From Squalus acanthias (taxonomy: Eukaryota): 64,000 bases of DNA. Shown here in pieces: positions 35,811-51,310 of this stretch. Under the pieces are notes generated by a model. It was not told the origin of the DNA and ran no database searches. It worked only from the letters and a program-made list of their open reading frames with translations. The translations under genes and the position numbers were made by a program. The first letter of the stretch is position 1; each line of letters begins with the position of its first letter. The stretch covers positions 21,266,001-21,330,000 of the forward strand of contig CM059438.1 of the NCBI GenBank assembly GCA_030390025.1, written 5' to 3'.

Positions 35811-38800
35811 CTCTCACTGCAGCAGGCAAAAGGTTAATTGCCCTTGGCTTACTTCTGTTTCTGTCTAGTGACGTGATTGTCATCTCTTTAAAAAGAAACT
35901 GAAAAAAAAACAGCGGGAAAAAAGAATCATTCCCTAAAACGGTATAAGTCTTCAACATTCAGGGACAACACCTAAAGTATCAAGCAGCTCGTTTATCTCT
36001 TGTTTCAAGACTTCATATTACAAAGGAGCTCCCTGATGATAAGTATCTGCTGTCAGAGAGATTGACTGCCCTGATGGACATGTTAGCGGTTTCTGATGTC
36101 TTCTCCTCAGGGGTTGTTTTAAGACCTCGAAAGGTGTACCTCTCTGATCTGTCTTCCCATAACCTGAAGGGAAATAATTAGCACAAAAAAATCAGTTTGT
36201 AACACAGGAGAGGGACGAACGTGATCTCCAAGCAACATCACAGAGAACAATGCATTCCTTTAGTGAAAGTCATGTAATTAATAAGAAGGTGGCTGCTTAA
36301 AAAAACATTGTCCACTTTGGATGTGTAACAGTTTGTTTTTAACCGCTAATTGCCGCATTCAAAGAAGGAGCCGAATCAAAGTCTGTTAATGATGCTTTTA
36401 AGCATAGTTGTTTAATTTATTGTTTGAGTGCTGCTATAGGATTTGTGTAGCATTTAATAATAAATATCCAGTTAATTCAGTTTGGTTCGGTTCAAGATTT
36501 TAAATCCGAGCACCAGGTTAATGTTTTGCCAAGTTCTCGGAACATTCACAGTGAATGATGTTTAACTGTTTCACTGGCGATTGCATAATTCTGATACACA
36601 CTTTAATCTATTGTGGTTTTATCGGCAGGATGTATGGACCCCTGTTTTCAAAGATATGACTTTCGAGTGATTTGAGAACTTGGCATTGATTTTTTAAGTG
36701 TAAATACTGCTTTAGTAAATCCAGCAGGAGAGCAATTTCTTAAAACAACATATAAGGGAAGAATAGCTCAGTGATTACATTAAGATGAACCATGAAAATG
36801 AATCCAGGAGTCGCGGTGATTCAAATCCGAAACAAGGTAGCATAAAGAAACATTTACCTGTCCTTTTAACGCAATCATCAATCTATAATAACGTTTTCAT
36901 GTATTTTCAACAGTATGGAAAGGCTCTGTATAATCTGCAACTGTGTTACTTCTGTTATACCTGCACCATACTGATAAAGAAAAGCGCTCTGTTGTAGTTA
37001 TTGTCCTCTGTAAGTACAAAACAACCACTATAAACTACTGATGCTACCTGATAACGGTCGCGCTGTGAATGTTTCAAAAATAACTAGTGAGATGGTGCCT
37101 TAATAAGACATATAAAGTATTACAGAAAGTTTGAACAATGGACACGTGTAATCTCAAAGAGTGAAGCCTACTTAAAGTATGTGAATACGATAAGAATTTT
37201 AAAATAACCTTTAGCATCTTGAGTCAATGAAGTTTTTAGACCTACTTGAATCAAAAATCCAGAGTAGACTTGTCTGTTGGTCCGCAAAATAAAGGTATTT
37301 CTTAAGAAAAGAATCTTACATTATAACATTCGCTACACATAAGAACACTCATTTTCTTCTCATTATTGTTGGGTATTCCACATAATTGAAACAATTGTTC
37401 ATTTCAATCCTAACCAGCGCACATATATTAATGTTAATATAACTGATATTGTTTTTTCTATCATAATGATAACCTAATTCAATCATAACATAAATAGACT
37501 ATGGAAAAGTTCCCAAAGGATAATAAAGGCTAAATCAGTTAAGTGGCGGATTCTAATGAATCCATCCCCAAGCCATTCACATGTGCCTGCAGAAACTGAG
37601 ATTCTGATGTCAAACGTTTTTGGTAATTGTATCACTAACCGGGTTTTGAATGACGAATTCGCAGCGTTCAATAGTTCTAACCAGCCCGCAACTCTGGAGA
37701 ATTTCAATCAGAAGAAACCCAAACTCCTTACATATCTGCACTTCATTAAAAAAAAGTAATATTCTCAGATCTAAAACTATTTGGTTCATTCTTCTATCAC
37801 TTTGTATGTTATCCCTTTAAAGGGTGCGCAATTTAGATTTGTTTGAAACTGTTGAAAAGAACTGTATCTCTCTTTTCCATCTGACCATCTATGCATATTA
37901 CACACATTTATCCATTCATTCAGCAGGTGCCTTTAAATAACTAACTGAAGCCTGATGTTTTTTTCCCTGTATATAATCTCGCGAACAATCGCACTCAGTC
38001 TCTTGACTGTTGTTCAGTTCGGCAGGCAAATACGTGCAACTGTAGAACAAAAGAGCTTTATAGTGTTGGAGTAATGGGGATCGAACTTTAGAAGCAAGTC
38101 CAGTCCCCTTTCTAATGACTATAAACATGACATAGTCCTTTTGTGCTTGCAGGTGATTCTCTTTTTGAAAGACAAATTAATTACAGATGCAAATCATGAA
38201 TTAATCTGCAGCCTGTAGGGAAGTGCATTGTAGGTGTAATTATCATTGCAGTAGCTATCTTTTACTGCCCTGTGTAATCGTTAACATGTATTTTTATATA
38301 TAAAGTTATGCACCCATGACTCATTTTCCCCCATAGATTTGAATAAATGTTTTTCTGGATGTCACGGCGCGTAGTATTGCTTAATTTGCGTCCATTAGAA
38401 TTGACAATAATACAATTGTAATATGTGCTGAAAGCCTGTTATCGAAATGTGGACACCAATAACCATCTTGTTAAAAGAGTCAACGGCAGATACCTGGTCT
38501 ATTAGCCTGGTCGTTTACACTAAGATAGAGCATAGTATCCCCCTGGAATGACACTAAGGTGTGAATGTTGTCATTCAAGTGAATGAAACGAAAGATAACA
38601 TTGGGTAAACAGCGAAGGTCATAGGTAACAAATAATGTACAGGGAATGAAGATGGGTGTTTCAATTTCCACACACACTCATCCAAATGTTCCTTAGTGGC
38701 ATAAATTATCTGCATTATAGATAAGAGCTGGACTGTTGCAATCATTGCCTATTATGTGCTGTCGGGCCAAACAGCAAATTGACGACTTCTATCTGATTAC

Positions 38801-40009
38801 AGTTCTGGAACATTATGTAAATATAGAAACAATGCACACAATGGGCTGTGTTCAGCTGCTGCGTAAAGGTAACACATTAGTAACGAAAATAAAGATAAAC
38901 TAAATGGAAGCCTTAATTAAACCTTCCAAAACAAATTGGATCAAATTCCCGTGCATCACTCCGGCAAGTCTTTTGCTAAACTGAGCTGGCGAGGTGCGTA
39001 GAATAAAAGATCTGTCGTGAGATTGCTCCAGTATAAATTGGAATAATAATAAAAATATTTAAAAAAACAAACAGCCCTCTGTTGACATTTACCAAAACTA
39101 TGTGAATATATCCAAGTGGTAGCTGAACATAAAATTGCCCTGGTTCACAGGCTAATTATCTCCTCTTCCTCAATTCTCGTTCTTCTAAATGAGTGCTGTA
39201 ACATTTTGTAAGTGTTTAAACCGGATTATGTGTATTATAATAGGCAGCACATAAAATGATATTTTAAAACATTAGATACGTTTATGTTTTTCTTTCATAA
39301 AGCATCTCAAGCGGTTCACGACTTTTTTTTTGGGGGGGTGGGGGGGGGGGGTTTAAATCCGTCAGGCAAACAGTGAAAATGGTCCGTCTCTATTAAATGA
39401 ACTCATGAGAAATACAGTACAACATTAAAATGACATATGCGAAATCCTGCTTGAATCTGAGGTCACAGCATATCCGTTCTACTTATAAATCTTCATATAC
39501 AAATTGGGCTTGCTTCCATAATAAAATTATTGCTATTTCTTGCAGTGCTACACTTCATAAAATCGCGTTTTAATGTGCAATATATCCCTGGCATATAATA
39601 CTTTATCATGAAAACCTCACAAATTGAACGTCTCTGTTTAAAACCGCATGGAACATTGCAGACATCTCTTTTTGAATCTGGCTGCTTCAGATGCGGAGAA
39701 GCTTTATTTTCTGAATTGCGCCATCCAGCCCAAGATAGAAACTGGACTTTAAAAAGGCAAAGCCTGGAAAATAACCAATTTATAGAAACAAGGTTTTGTT
39801 TTCTTATTGTAAAATGTGTTGCCTCAATGGGCAACCAGAGTGTTGAGGCGCTCAAAATGACAGAGGAGCAAAAGCATGGGCGCTTTAAACAAATTTCCCC
39901 TACAGATGGAAATGAAGCAGCGTTTTGTGCCAATGGACAGGAGTAAGTCATTTGCCTACTGCTCGTCTAGTGGTGGTTTACAGGACGAGTTTCTTTTGTG
40001 GTATTAGTC

Positions 40010-40100
40010 TCGTCCTCATTTGCTGCCTAATTGGACTATATAAAGCCAATAACAGGCGAGCTCTTATAGCCTTAAGCGAAGCGCAAAGTATAGGGAGGTG
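40010..40100 (+). promoter_or_regulatory. Candidate HMX3 core promoter
   Basis: ATTGG (40030) and TATATAAA (40037-40044) about 360 nt before the ATG. Confidence 0.4.
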
Positions 40101-40400
40101 GACTCATTACATGCCATTCTTTTTTTTTCCTTCGGTAATCCCATTTGCCATTGTGCGTGCCCAATCGCCGTATACTTTCTGCATTTAACTTGTATGACAT
40201 TTTTATTTCATCATTATCATCTGGCGCCAGATTGACGCTGAATGCCTCCTACTCTGTTCCAAATTGCTGTGGATTTCCACTGTAGCCACATGCAAAAGTT
40301 TGGTGCGTTTTTCTGAACTCCCGGGATTCTGATCAACGCTGTCCGTTTTCCTCTCAGCCTCGGCACGGTTCCTTCTGTTTATGATCGGAGTCAGGCCACC

Positions 40401-40695
40401 ATGCCCGAGACAGCAGCACAGGAGAGTCCCATTCCGCCCAAGGAGTCCTCCTTCTCCATCAAAAATCTGCTGAACTGTGATCGAAAGCCTTCGAAGCCTA
40501 AGACTTTGCTGTCGGCGGTGAAAGGGGTGGTTGAAGGTGCTGCTTTTTCCTTGCCTCACTGCAGGGAGCCCGGCTTCCCAAGGTTTGAAATCCCGGCGCA
40601 GAGGTTTACGCTCCCGGCGCATTATCTGGAGAGGTCCCCCGCCTGGTGGTATCCCTGCACACTGTCATCAGGAGTTCATCTCCCAAGGACAGAAG
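40401..40695 (+). CDS. HMX3: H6 family homeobox 3 (Nkx5-1), exon 1
   Basis: GCCACCATG start; MPETAAQES, eh1 motif SSFSIKNLL and [12 protein letters not shown]; donor AG|GTAAGG, phase 1. Confidence 0.95.
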
Positions 40696-40752
40696 GTAAG
40701 GCATCTTTAAGCACATTGTCCTTTCCAATGCACTGTCGTCTCGTCCTTATGA

Positions 40753-41397
<645 letters not shown>

Positions 41398-41925
41398 TTT
41401 TATTTTAATATTTAACTTGCATTACTTTTTTTGTAAGATTAGAGCTTGTAGTTTTGAAGCAACAAGCCACAAGAAGACCAGCTGTAAATTTCTACATTGC
41501 TCACATCCTCTAGCCTCATCTGTACCCCTTTAAAGGCCAGTCTGGGTTTATCATTCTATTCTCATTTTATTTGACCATTTTTGTTCTGTAACACCAAGCC
41601 ATGTAGTTTTGAGGAAGGATACCTACAAGAGGATCCCGCTTGTAAATGTCTTTCTTTTTTTTTGTAAGTACTAAAAGGAGTGGTGAAAATGTTGTTCTTT
41701 AATATGGTTTCACGTATCTGTGCAATATTGTACTAAAGAAGTTAAAGCACTGTTGTGGAGTATAGAGGAAAATCATTGCAAGTTGAAATCCAACTTAAAT
41801 TGGCCTAACTGGAATAACGTGTGCCCAGTGGCACTGGCGATTATGAACGTTCTCAAGGTTCTAATGTCAAGGCGCTTTAACTGAAGGACAATCAGAAAAA
41901 TATTTAAGGTTTTGTTTATTTATTT

Positions 41926-42198
41926 AATAAATGTCCTGTTTACGTGGTGACGACGTATTTTAATTTACCTGGATTGTAAATTTATTGACAGAGGTCGTAA
42001 GATAAAGATTCTAATTTTTTCAGACAATACTTTGTGTTTATTATTTCTGATGTTTTCCCCCAGATGTAACATAGTTATTTACTGCGAAAATAATGGGTGT
42101 TCTGTATGTTTTAGCAAAAGAAATGAAATAAAATATTGGCGTTTTTGATATTGTAATGCCGAATTTTGTTGAACAGACTTGTTGTGAACTAAAATAAA
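41926..42198 (+). terminator. Candidate HMX3 polyadenylation signals
   Basis: AATAAA at 41926, 42127 and 42193 in an AT-rich 3' UTR. Confidence 0.45.
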
Positions 42199-45100
42199 AT
42201 GTAAGCATTCATTGTTACTCAAATGTGTAGTTTCATACAAACACTAGCTCAAGAATCAGTAAAGCTGTTGCTTTGTAAATAAAGTATACAAACACCATTT
42301 GTGGCCAGAAACGACACGATATTTGCAGATAGCGAATCACGATCAGTTGATAGGCCTAAAATTTCATGGCGCCCATAATCATTTAAAGGGAAACTGGATT
42401 GATATTTTACACAATGCAATAGTGTATCTAATCTGGAGGAATACCTTATTCTATCTAGCAAAGGAAACGCCACCTCAGCTTTTATATAATTATTCTGAAG
42501 CATTCTTTGTCAATTGTTATCTGATACATGGTGTACTGTATTTCATATTCAGTGTAGTGAGGTTCGTGTTTATTTTGTGACTCACATTTTACAATTCAAT
42601 CACATCTGACTTTCCCCCTCACAGTGTTAGTATTGAAACCTCAGACAGTGGTTAATTAAACTAACTGTAATATAAGTTAGGAAGCTGCAATGAAACCGAT
42701 GGTCGATCTGCAGAACGTTTTTTTCAAACAAAACTTTTTTTTTTCAAAAGTTCTTTCAATTTGTAGTGAAGAATATTGGGGGGACTGATTGACTGGCCAA
42801 GGGTTTGCTGAACTGAAACTATTTGGAGTTATTAAGAAGTATAACCTGTAGATGTATTTCGCAATAGCTGGAGGGGTCAGTAACAGTGCACTTCACCTGC
42901 CAAGTGTCTGTACACACACAGGATAAGAATATATTTCATTATGGTTAAACAATTATCTTTATGTTAAGTGACAGTCCCTTTTAGTTGAACATGGAGCTCC
43001 TACAGGTAAGAGGGCAGTTTCTATTCTGAGATTGGCGTAATATTTAAATGGTAGGCCGCAAACAAAGTGAAACAAACCAGTCAGATGGCGTTGCTGGATC
43101 AAGTACAGACCGACCGAGTTTAGTAATCCCTTGACTGCACAGATATGTGCCGGTGCTTGTATACTGCAAATATATTTTAACCATTCCTATTTTTGCAGAA
43201 GGTCACGGTTGAAGTCCTTTACAGACGAGCAACTCGAGTTTATTCCATTTGTATTTTTATGGTTGACATCCAAGAAACCAGCAGCGCCGTGTTCTGATTT
43301 TCAGATAGCATTGCTGTTAGTTTATCACATGAAACCTGTCAACAGTTCTGTCAGATGATTCACAAGTGACAAGGCGCTAAATAGGTGTCTCTCTGCCTTT
43401 GATTCTGTTTTAATTTGTTATGCGTCGTGGCTGAAAATAAACACAACACAGAAGCCAAAATATGTTGTCCCTTGTGTAAAGTAACAACAGAATCGTGCCT
43501 CGTATTGTTGGCGGTACTAACTTCATGACAACAGTGTCAATATGAACTTTCAAGACGTTTATATAGCAAACACTCAGCAGTTTAATCAACAGAAAACAGC
43601 GACTACAAATATGCAAAAGTACTTTTATGTTGTATTGAGAGTCCTAAAAGTACTTTGTCTCTCCTAATCTATACTCTATCAAGAACCGACCGGTCCAATA
43701 AAAACAAGATTACACTGAATATTTTACACCTTGACTAGCATTTTAAAATTATCAAGTTGCAAAACGTTTGCTAACTAAAAGACACTCTTGCACAAAAAGG
43801 CGTGGTACCCTGTTACTGACACAGCTTTACTGATACAGTAATTGTGCTGTCTCTGACTCATTGCCAGCCTCACCTCAATAATCAATTTAACTTTATATGA
43901 AAGAAAATAGAAATACTGGTTAGTGCCAGTTTTTGGATCTTTTAGCGTTGTGAGATCCCACACACACACTCCTCCTTCCTTACAACATTGTGCTCTATAT
44001 TTTTAACTCAAATGTATAGCCATTACAATAATAAGGTTTAAAACTACAATTAGTTTGTTAATTCGGATAATATGGTGATATAATGAAATATAATCACGCT
44101 TTTGAACGTGGGAGCCATTTCAAATATGTTTAAACCATTTAAATATAGTTCAATTTTGAAGATATACGATTGCAGGAATCCTCCCTCTCCAAAAGTATAT
44201 TTTTTTTTAGTAATTTTGCGTGCTTCACTGTTACTTAGTTTTTTCCACACGAGTGCATTCCAGTGTTCCAGGTTTATTCCGAACAGCAGGCTGGCTTTTC
44301 TTCAGAATTTTCTTCATAATTTAGGTAAAAAACAGCTTGTTTACACCTGTGTTTATATGCTAATAGTAATATAATGGTTACTGACTTAATTAAAATATTT
44401 GAGAAAAATGTAGACTGATTTCTTGTTCTCGACTTTCTATCAGTCATCCTTTGGTTTTATGTTATTATTCCTCCTCAGCAAAGCTATCTCAGCCACCAAT
44501 TTTACTTGTCTCCCAGTCCCCCACATAAATAATTTTCTCGCTCTCTAGCTGAATTAATGGTCAGACAGAACTGTTGAGGGAAAATTGTATTGTAATATAA
44601 TTTCTAACAGTCACTTCCACAATCCTGCATAAATGAAATGATTCCTACTCAGAACATTCAGTTTAGGAGCCTTTAGATCTTGACCACAACATTCGCCCTT
44701 TTACATGTAACGTTTATCCTTTACGTTGTTCTGCAAAACTTTTTTTGGAAACAAAATATTAAATGAAAATAAAGATGCATGCTGGCTTGTTTCAGTGTTT
44801 TCCATTAAGCATGTGAACTATTATTCCGTCCATATTTACACAATCATTATAATGGAAAAGTATACAAAAATTATATATTTTTTGAAGACAAACAACATTT
44901 TTGGTTTAAAAGCCGTGGTTGGTTTGCATATAGGACAAGGAAAGGATTGTTTCTGTTACACAGAGTGGCATCTCAGAAATAAGAGGCGCTATTAATACAA
45001 AGACTAATCATAAATATGAACAGCTCCTGCTTAGCACTTAAACGCTGCGATTTCCAAATCTCTGCTTTTGTTTGATACATCGTGAGCCCTGCTCATTTCT

Positions 45101-45559
45101 GTAAATATGCCTGCGTATATTCTGCTGTCATGTTTGTACCTTACACACACATGTATTTCTTTTATTTGGTGCAAAACACAGGGAACTTTTGTATAGCAAA
45201 CACTACAATCATGCCAAACAGATATAACCTTTCCATCACTGCCCAGAACAGTCTTCAGAACCACCATGCAGATCGTTTGTGGGTGAGCTCAGTTCAGCTT
45301 CAGCGGCCTGCGGGTATTTTACAGTTTAACAACTGCACTAATTTGCGTCGAACTCTCCAAAATCTCTGTTTAACTGTGGCACTAATCTGTGCCTATCTCT
45401 CAGATATACTTAGCGACTTTCCGCAGGGAACCGGTGCCATTTAATAGGTCAGTATGTTTTGTTTACAAACTTTATTTTTGCTTACAACGTGTTTACGTTA
45501 TTAAAAAGGGGCGAGGGACAAAGTATCTTCGAGATAATCACGTTCCTGTATCGACTTGT

Positions 45560-46600
45560 GCGATGCAAACTCAACGAGGGGCCATTAAAGAGCATTAATA
45601 GATTGGCATAGCATTATGCTTTAGCTCGTATTGATCGCAAAATGTCTGCAAAATATTGTTTCAATGAGCTGCATTGTTCATCGTACGCTGCTGGAATGTT
45701 GTGACCTTGATTTGTTAGCATAAAGGGGAAAAGGGGAGGCAAAATTAGCACGCGATCTCCAGGCTGTGTTCAAATTTCATCCCCAAACTCTCAATAATTG
45801 TGTTCCTCATATTAAAAGGAAAGTCCGAATGCAGCTTAACTGCTGCTGCTAAATGTCTTCATTCGCTGTATGCATTTCCAAGCCCTGCCTCTTCGTAAAG
45901 GCATCTCTCAAATAGGTTTACTCAGTAATTAACCGCGATTCGCGCTTCGTAACGGTGCCCGAATTTTTATTCAACAGAACGACTTCATCATACATACAAA
46001 ATAAATAGCAGATTTGAAGCACACGCTGCTCAGTTGGGGACCAGTACTTTGCTCTACCTGGTGTAAGTGTGAGCCCTGCCGTACATCACCCGGGTCTATT
46101 ATTATTTTTTTTGAGAAACGCGGTTTAAAGAATCCTTTGCACCTCTGAGTCCCATTCGCCTCAATGATGGNNNNNNNNNNNNNNNNNNNNNNNNNNNNNN
46201 NNNNNNNNNNNNNNNNNNNNNNNNNNNNNNNNNNNNNNNNNNNNNNNNNNNNNNNNNNNNNNNNNNNNNNNNNNNNNNNNNNNNNNNNNNNNNNNNNNNN
46301 NCACGCTACGGGGCGGTCGATTTTCTTAATTCATCCCCGAGGAATTGATGAGTCTATCAGTCCAGTAGATTGGAAACCCATTAACGCTCTATGGTTTACG
46401 CGTCTTAGGTTGTTAATTGGAACTTGATGGATTGTGGCCCTTTGATAGGCTATGCTGATCTAATCTCGATGACTTCTGTTTTCCAATAAATTACACAATT
46501 CATTTTCCAGCCCCGATTACATAAATTGTACACCTCCAGGCTCCCGTGGAATAGGGAGCCTTTTTGCAGCCCGTTGTGAGATGTCATTTGTACCAGGAAC
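45560..46600. promoter_or_regulatory. Candidate intergenic conserved noncoding blocks flanking the gap
   Basis: Non-repetitive, with TAAT/ATTA, TGATGGAT (Pbx/Hox-like), CTTTGAT (TCF-like) and ATTGTT motifs. Confidence 0.3.
46171..46301. other. Assembly gap (131 N)
   Basis: Run of N. Confidence 1.
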
Positions 46601-47789
46601 AGCAAGCTTTTGAATGAAAATCGAAACATAATCAACGTTTATACTTAGAAAATTTATTGATATCATTTTCTTCGGTAATTTCCTTATTTTAAAGTTGGAC
46701 GCGCCATACATCATAATACACACGTGTAAAGGACTGTGTTTAATATTTATCGAAGCTTGATTCGCAGATCAAACTTGTTTATGACTTCATCTGTCACTGC
46801 AGGTGGAACCTTTGCAATATTATAGGCGGTCAGGAGGCTATTTTCTAGCAGCATAAACCTACTAAAGATCAATTTTCATTAGGGACAATGCGCGCCTGAC
46901 ATCCTCGGTACTTTTTTGGGGGGCTGGGGGGAGGGAGGATTCCATTTTCTGCGCTCTTGCAATCTGTGCTTACAGCATTCACAGGCGTGCTACAGCAGCA
47001 GTGATTACAGATCAGATTTATTTTAGGTACTTTTCCTCTGGCCAGATTACAAAAGAGAATACCGGGGTGGGGAGGAGGGGGGACAACCTCCAAAAGCTGC
47101 AGACGCAAGCTACATGGCTGAGAATAGCAGAAGTGTCTTAGAACGAACCCGCTTTATAATAATGTGATTTTAAAGCGCTCTCTTTAAGCAGATGCGCGCA
47201 TTTAACAGGCTTTTAAATAGTTAAGGTTCACAAAATGTGCCTATTTAATATGTCAATGTAGATTTCACGCCGTATCTTTATTAGCTCCAAACTCCATTCA
47301 AACACAATGCCTTGCTTAGCTGTCGGCAATATATCACATAGTAAAATGTTTGCTCCTGTGCACATATGCCTCACGAATCTACATTTTAGTTGAGTAACTT
47401 AAAGAGAAACTTAATTAGCAGGAATCATACACGGTGTAAGTACATCTTTAATACAGTTTAAGTACAATACTATCCCAACTCAAGTATGAGTAATGATAAC
47501 TTCACTTCTGTTACAATATTTGCAGCAAATTAATGCTTGTTATGATCTGGAAAAGATGGATATGTGTTTTTTGGCGAAATGTATATACAAACCACACTAT
47601 TCGAAAATTTCAAATAAATTAAAATCAATTGCAGTAGCGTGTGCGATCTCCCAACGAGTCGTATCACATCTTTGTATAGTGTCACCATTAGGGACACGGT
47701 GGATAATTACGCCCGGTTTGTAACTTTCTGAAGCTGCTAGTTTCTATTTGTAGTTTAAATACTGGCTGCAGCCCCACAGCCTGACTGAG

Positions 47790-48135
47790 AGCGGAATGAA
47801 GAGTGATCATCCAGCGCTGTTTGCAGGGGCGCGCCACGTTAACGAGCTGACACTATGATTAAAGCTGACCATTTGTAATGTGTCGCGACCCCGTGAAAGC
47901 ATGAAAAGGTTAATGTGGTAGAACGGAGCAGGACTCTCACACCTGCCTCCCAGAGCAGGACAAGAGCGCAGCCCCTGTCAATCAATCAATTAACCAGGCC
48001 CTGTCCGCAGTCAGCTTTCAGCAGCCGGCACAATAAGCAAGTAAACAAAGTCGAACTCCAATAAGATCGATTCAGGATTGCCACAGAAAGCTTCAATTTT
48101 AGAAGCCAAGTATTAGCTGGGGTGACGTTTAATTG
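47790..48135 (+). promoter_or_regulatory. Candidate HMX2 upstream enhancer, paralogous to 35545-35810
   Basis: Same ordered motif blocks, plus GTAAACAAAG (Fox/Sox) and TGTCAATCA (Pbx/Meis-like). Confidence 0.6.
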
Positions 48136-51100
48136 GGTAACACTTGATATATGAAGAAGCGATCTTATTAGAGATGGCCTCGAAGAATACGATTGTATTT
48201 GAATGAATGTAAAAAAAAACACACACTTTTGGAACAAGACCCTATATATGTCAATCGATCTGTATTTGTGAATCGAGATGATTTTTTGCAACTGTTAAGA
48301 TACAGGACAATCAATTGACGTACAGTCGCCGAAGTCTGTAATTTCAGTTAAGTGAATGTAGAGGGGATGAAGTGGCAAACTTCTGCCTATCATCAAAATC
48401 ATAACAGTGAAATTTGAAGTTTTTAATAACTGCGACACTCTCAAAAGTTGGCCTCAAGTAATCTTGTTCTTACAAGGTCCCACTATGTAATCAGGTAATC
48501 AATAGAAGGAATACTGCTAATCTTTCGACATCCTACCAACTTTATGGGGAACCTGGAACTGTCAGTCAAATCAGTAAGGCGATACTTTGGGGAGTTAATG
48601 TACCAGGAAAGCGATTTAAAAACTAATCAGCAAATTTCTAGCTTTGTGTTTATTAACCAGCTATTACCACCATTTATCAAAATCATGTCGTCCTACAAAC
48701 TCTGGCTGGTCAGCACGGTTAGTGCGTTATTCTAATGGTTCACCTATCTGCCCATGAAATACTCAGACTATGGAATAGGTGCCTTTTCCTTCGATCAACT
48801 GGCTAACCAGCTAGTTCCTTAATTAAACCTAGGATTCAATTAGACAGTCATAAATTAATCCATTTCTTAATGGTACATCTACCTCAACTAATGTAGCAGC
48901 GGTGTTGGAGATTTTGTCATCGATCAAGGAACTGGTTAATTTATTCACTAATCAACTGACGGTCCAATGAGCACTAAATGCATTGTGTGTTACTCACGCC
49001 TGTATATATGTTGATAGTAGTTAGTAAACAAATTGTAGACGTGTTCAATGTCTCGGACAACAACTGCGCATATTGCGCGACTTCGCTGTTTATCAGATCC
49101 ATTGCAAAGCATGAGTAGCATTTACAGTGCAGTGAGAATAAACATATTGTGTTTAAGACTGTTCTTACACGGGGATAATTAACAAAATTGTATTTGCTAT
49201 GCTTGAATTTGTCTTGTATATTTAGTTTTACAGTGTATTCCTTGATAAATTGTGAAGTACTAGTGTGCACATTGGATGCAACTCTAGAAATATACAACTG
49301 CGCCTCTCCATTTGTCTGGAATTTTATTTCTGTAACCAGACATATCTTCAAAATGCTTTTATGGAACTCAACTTACGGAAACTTAATTCCAATCAGTTTG
49401 TCTCTATCCCTGATCTCAAGAATATAAAAATGAAGTGGCGAATTAACCATCGATCCAAGCATAAAAGAGGGTTCATTTAACATCAATTATTCAATTTCGC
49501 CCATTCCAATAGGAAAGTCAAGTAACTGTATCTAGGCGCTGGTAATCACCGTCCGATTGAATACTAATGACGAGTTTTAAAATACTGACATCAATTCGCT
49601 TTACTAAGTTGTTTATCTTATTTCCCCTCCTGTCATATCAATAATTTGTTGAATGTCTGCTGCGATCTCCTATTGCATCTTTCCCGGCGTCGCCATGATG
49701 CCTGACGCCAATGTAATTGCTGTACCTGGTACATGACCCATCTAACTGCATTTAACCTTCGTTTTTTTTAGTCAGTTTAAAACTGCAAAATCAACTGTTA
49801 TGTTATGTCAGTCACGTGCTAACAAAACTCTAGTGCCAAACCTAGCACGAAAGAAAGAGGAGCAACCTTCAGTTGCTCAAATCTCAGCCACCAGCATCAG
49901 GTGCGTCTTGTTACCAGCTACAATCAGAGCACTGTTTGGCAACCAAGTTTACCATCACCCCCTCGTCAACATTCAGGCTTTGGTAAAGTTTAGATAACCC
50001 AACCTCAACCAAGCTCACCCACCATGGCCGGTTTCCAACCAATAGTAGCACTCCATTGGTATTAACATTACTATACTAAACTTGGTGGTGGTTAAGTATC
50101 CAAACTTATTCAGCCTTCGGTTAAGAAAAAAACACCATCTAGGTGTAAGTAGTTTATAAGCGCCCTTAGCAGTCAAATGTACCTATAGCAACCAGAAACC
50201 ATCACTATCCGAAATCAATCAAGATCTATTACTAGTTTAAGCCTACTAGCAACCCAGACAGAACCGCTCAATCTTCTACAGACCAGTAACCAGATTCAAT
50301 CCAAAGTACCAGTCAGTGTCCATATGCAGCCACAGTACATGGGTAACCTCAGACACAAAACCAAACTCATTCAACATATCGAATGCCTTTTGTTATTCGC
50401 TGAATCTGTTGCCAGCTTCCACTACAGTCTCGCAAGGCTCCAGGTGAGATCATGGTAACCTCCTCTACACTAAACACAGCATAAAACTCGACTGCAGTCG
50501 AATTTGCATTTTGCAAAAATGAACGTTCCATAAATTAGTTTCACTATTGAAACATAACCCAACATTTCGCTGATATCACTGTATCGCTAGGCTGCTCCAG
50601 TCACAGCCTAGTACTGCTCACGCCACCAATCTTCACAATTACATTGTAAAAAATAGAGGAAGGCCTACACCAAACGGGGTCAGAGCTGTCACAATGGAAT
50701 GAAGAATTAGTCACAATTTTCAGATTTTCTAGATCTCTCAACAAAACAAATAAAAGGAATTTTGCAATTTTATTTTCCCGTTTGAATAGTGTTCTTTACT
50801 CTAAAATTCTCTCATAACATTTTATAATTGTGAAAATTCTGATTAATGGCAATCCCACTTTACCCAGCCCGAGAACAGCAACAACACCGCAGAAGGACTC
50901 AGGTACAACACAGTTACCAACTTAATCTAACTCTTCTTATAAGCCTGTAACTATTAGCGGCCCCAATCCTGATTTCCAGTGAGCAATAACCAGCCTCCAC
51001 TGAGCCTAGTATCTAGCCAGACGGTCACACTGTCAAGTGACCTGTACCGTAGCCTACCGTTCATTAAAACTTCAAACAAGCAAACAAGTCAGTATCACCA

Positions 51101-51269
51101 CGTGCGCGTATTGAGGCCGCATCTATTGTCACACTGTATTGCATCATCCTCCTCCAAAGCAAGAATATGTTTTAACATCGCAAACATCAACAATCAATCA
51201 AATCCTTGGGTTAACCTAATCATCCCTCCGCTTGTGTAAAGTTCAAAATTTCCGGGACTGACTGCTGTT

Positions 51270-51310
51270 TTTGATTGGCTGCAGCAACTCAAACCTACAT
51301 GCAAATCAGC
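51270..51310 (+). promoter_or_regulatory. Candidate HMX2 proximal promoter
   Basis: TGATTGGCT (reverse CCAAT box) and octamer ATGCAAAT (51299-51306), about 200 nt before the ATG. Confidence 0.4.

Noticed and set aside
1-40000. Exons of the neighbouring syntenic gene (ACADSB in human)
   Set aside because: No acyl-CoA dehydrogenase-like peptide seen in the ORF track; small exons could still have been missed.
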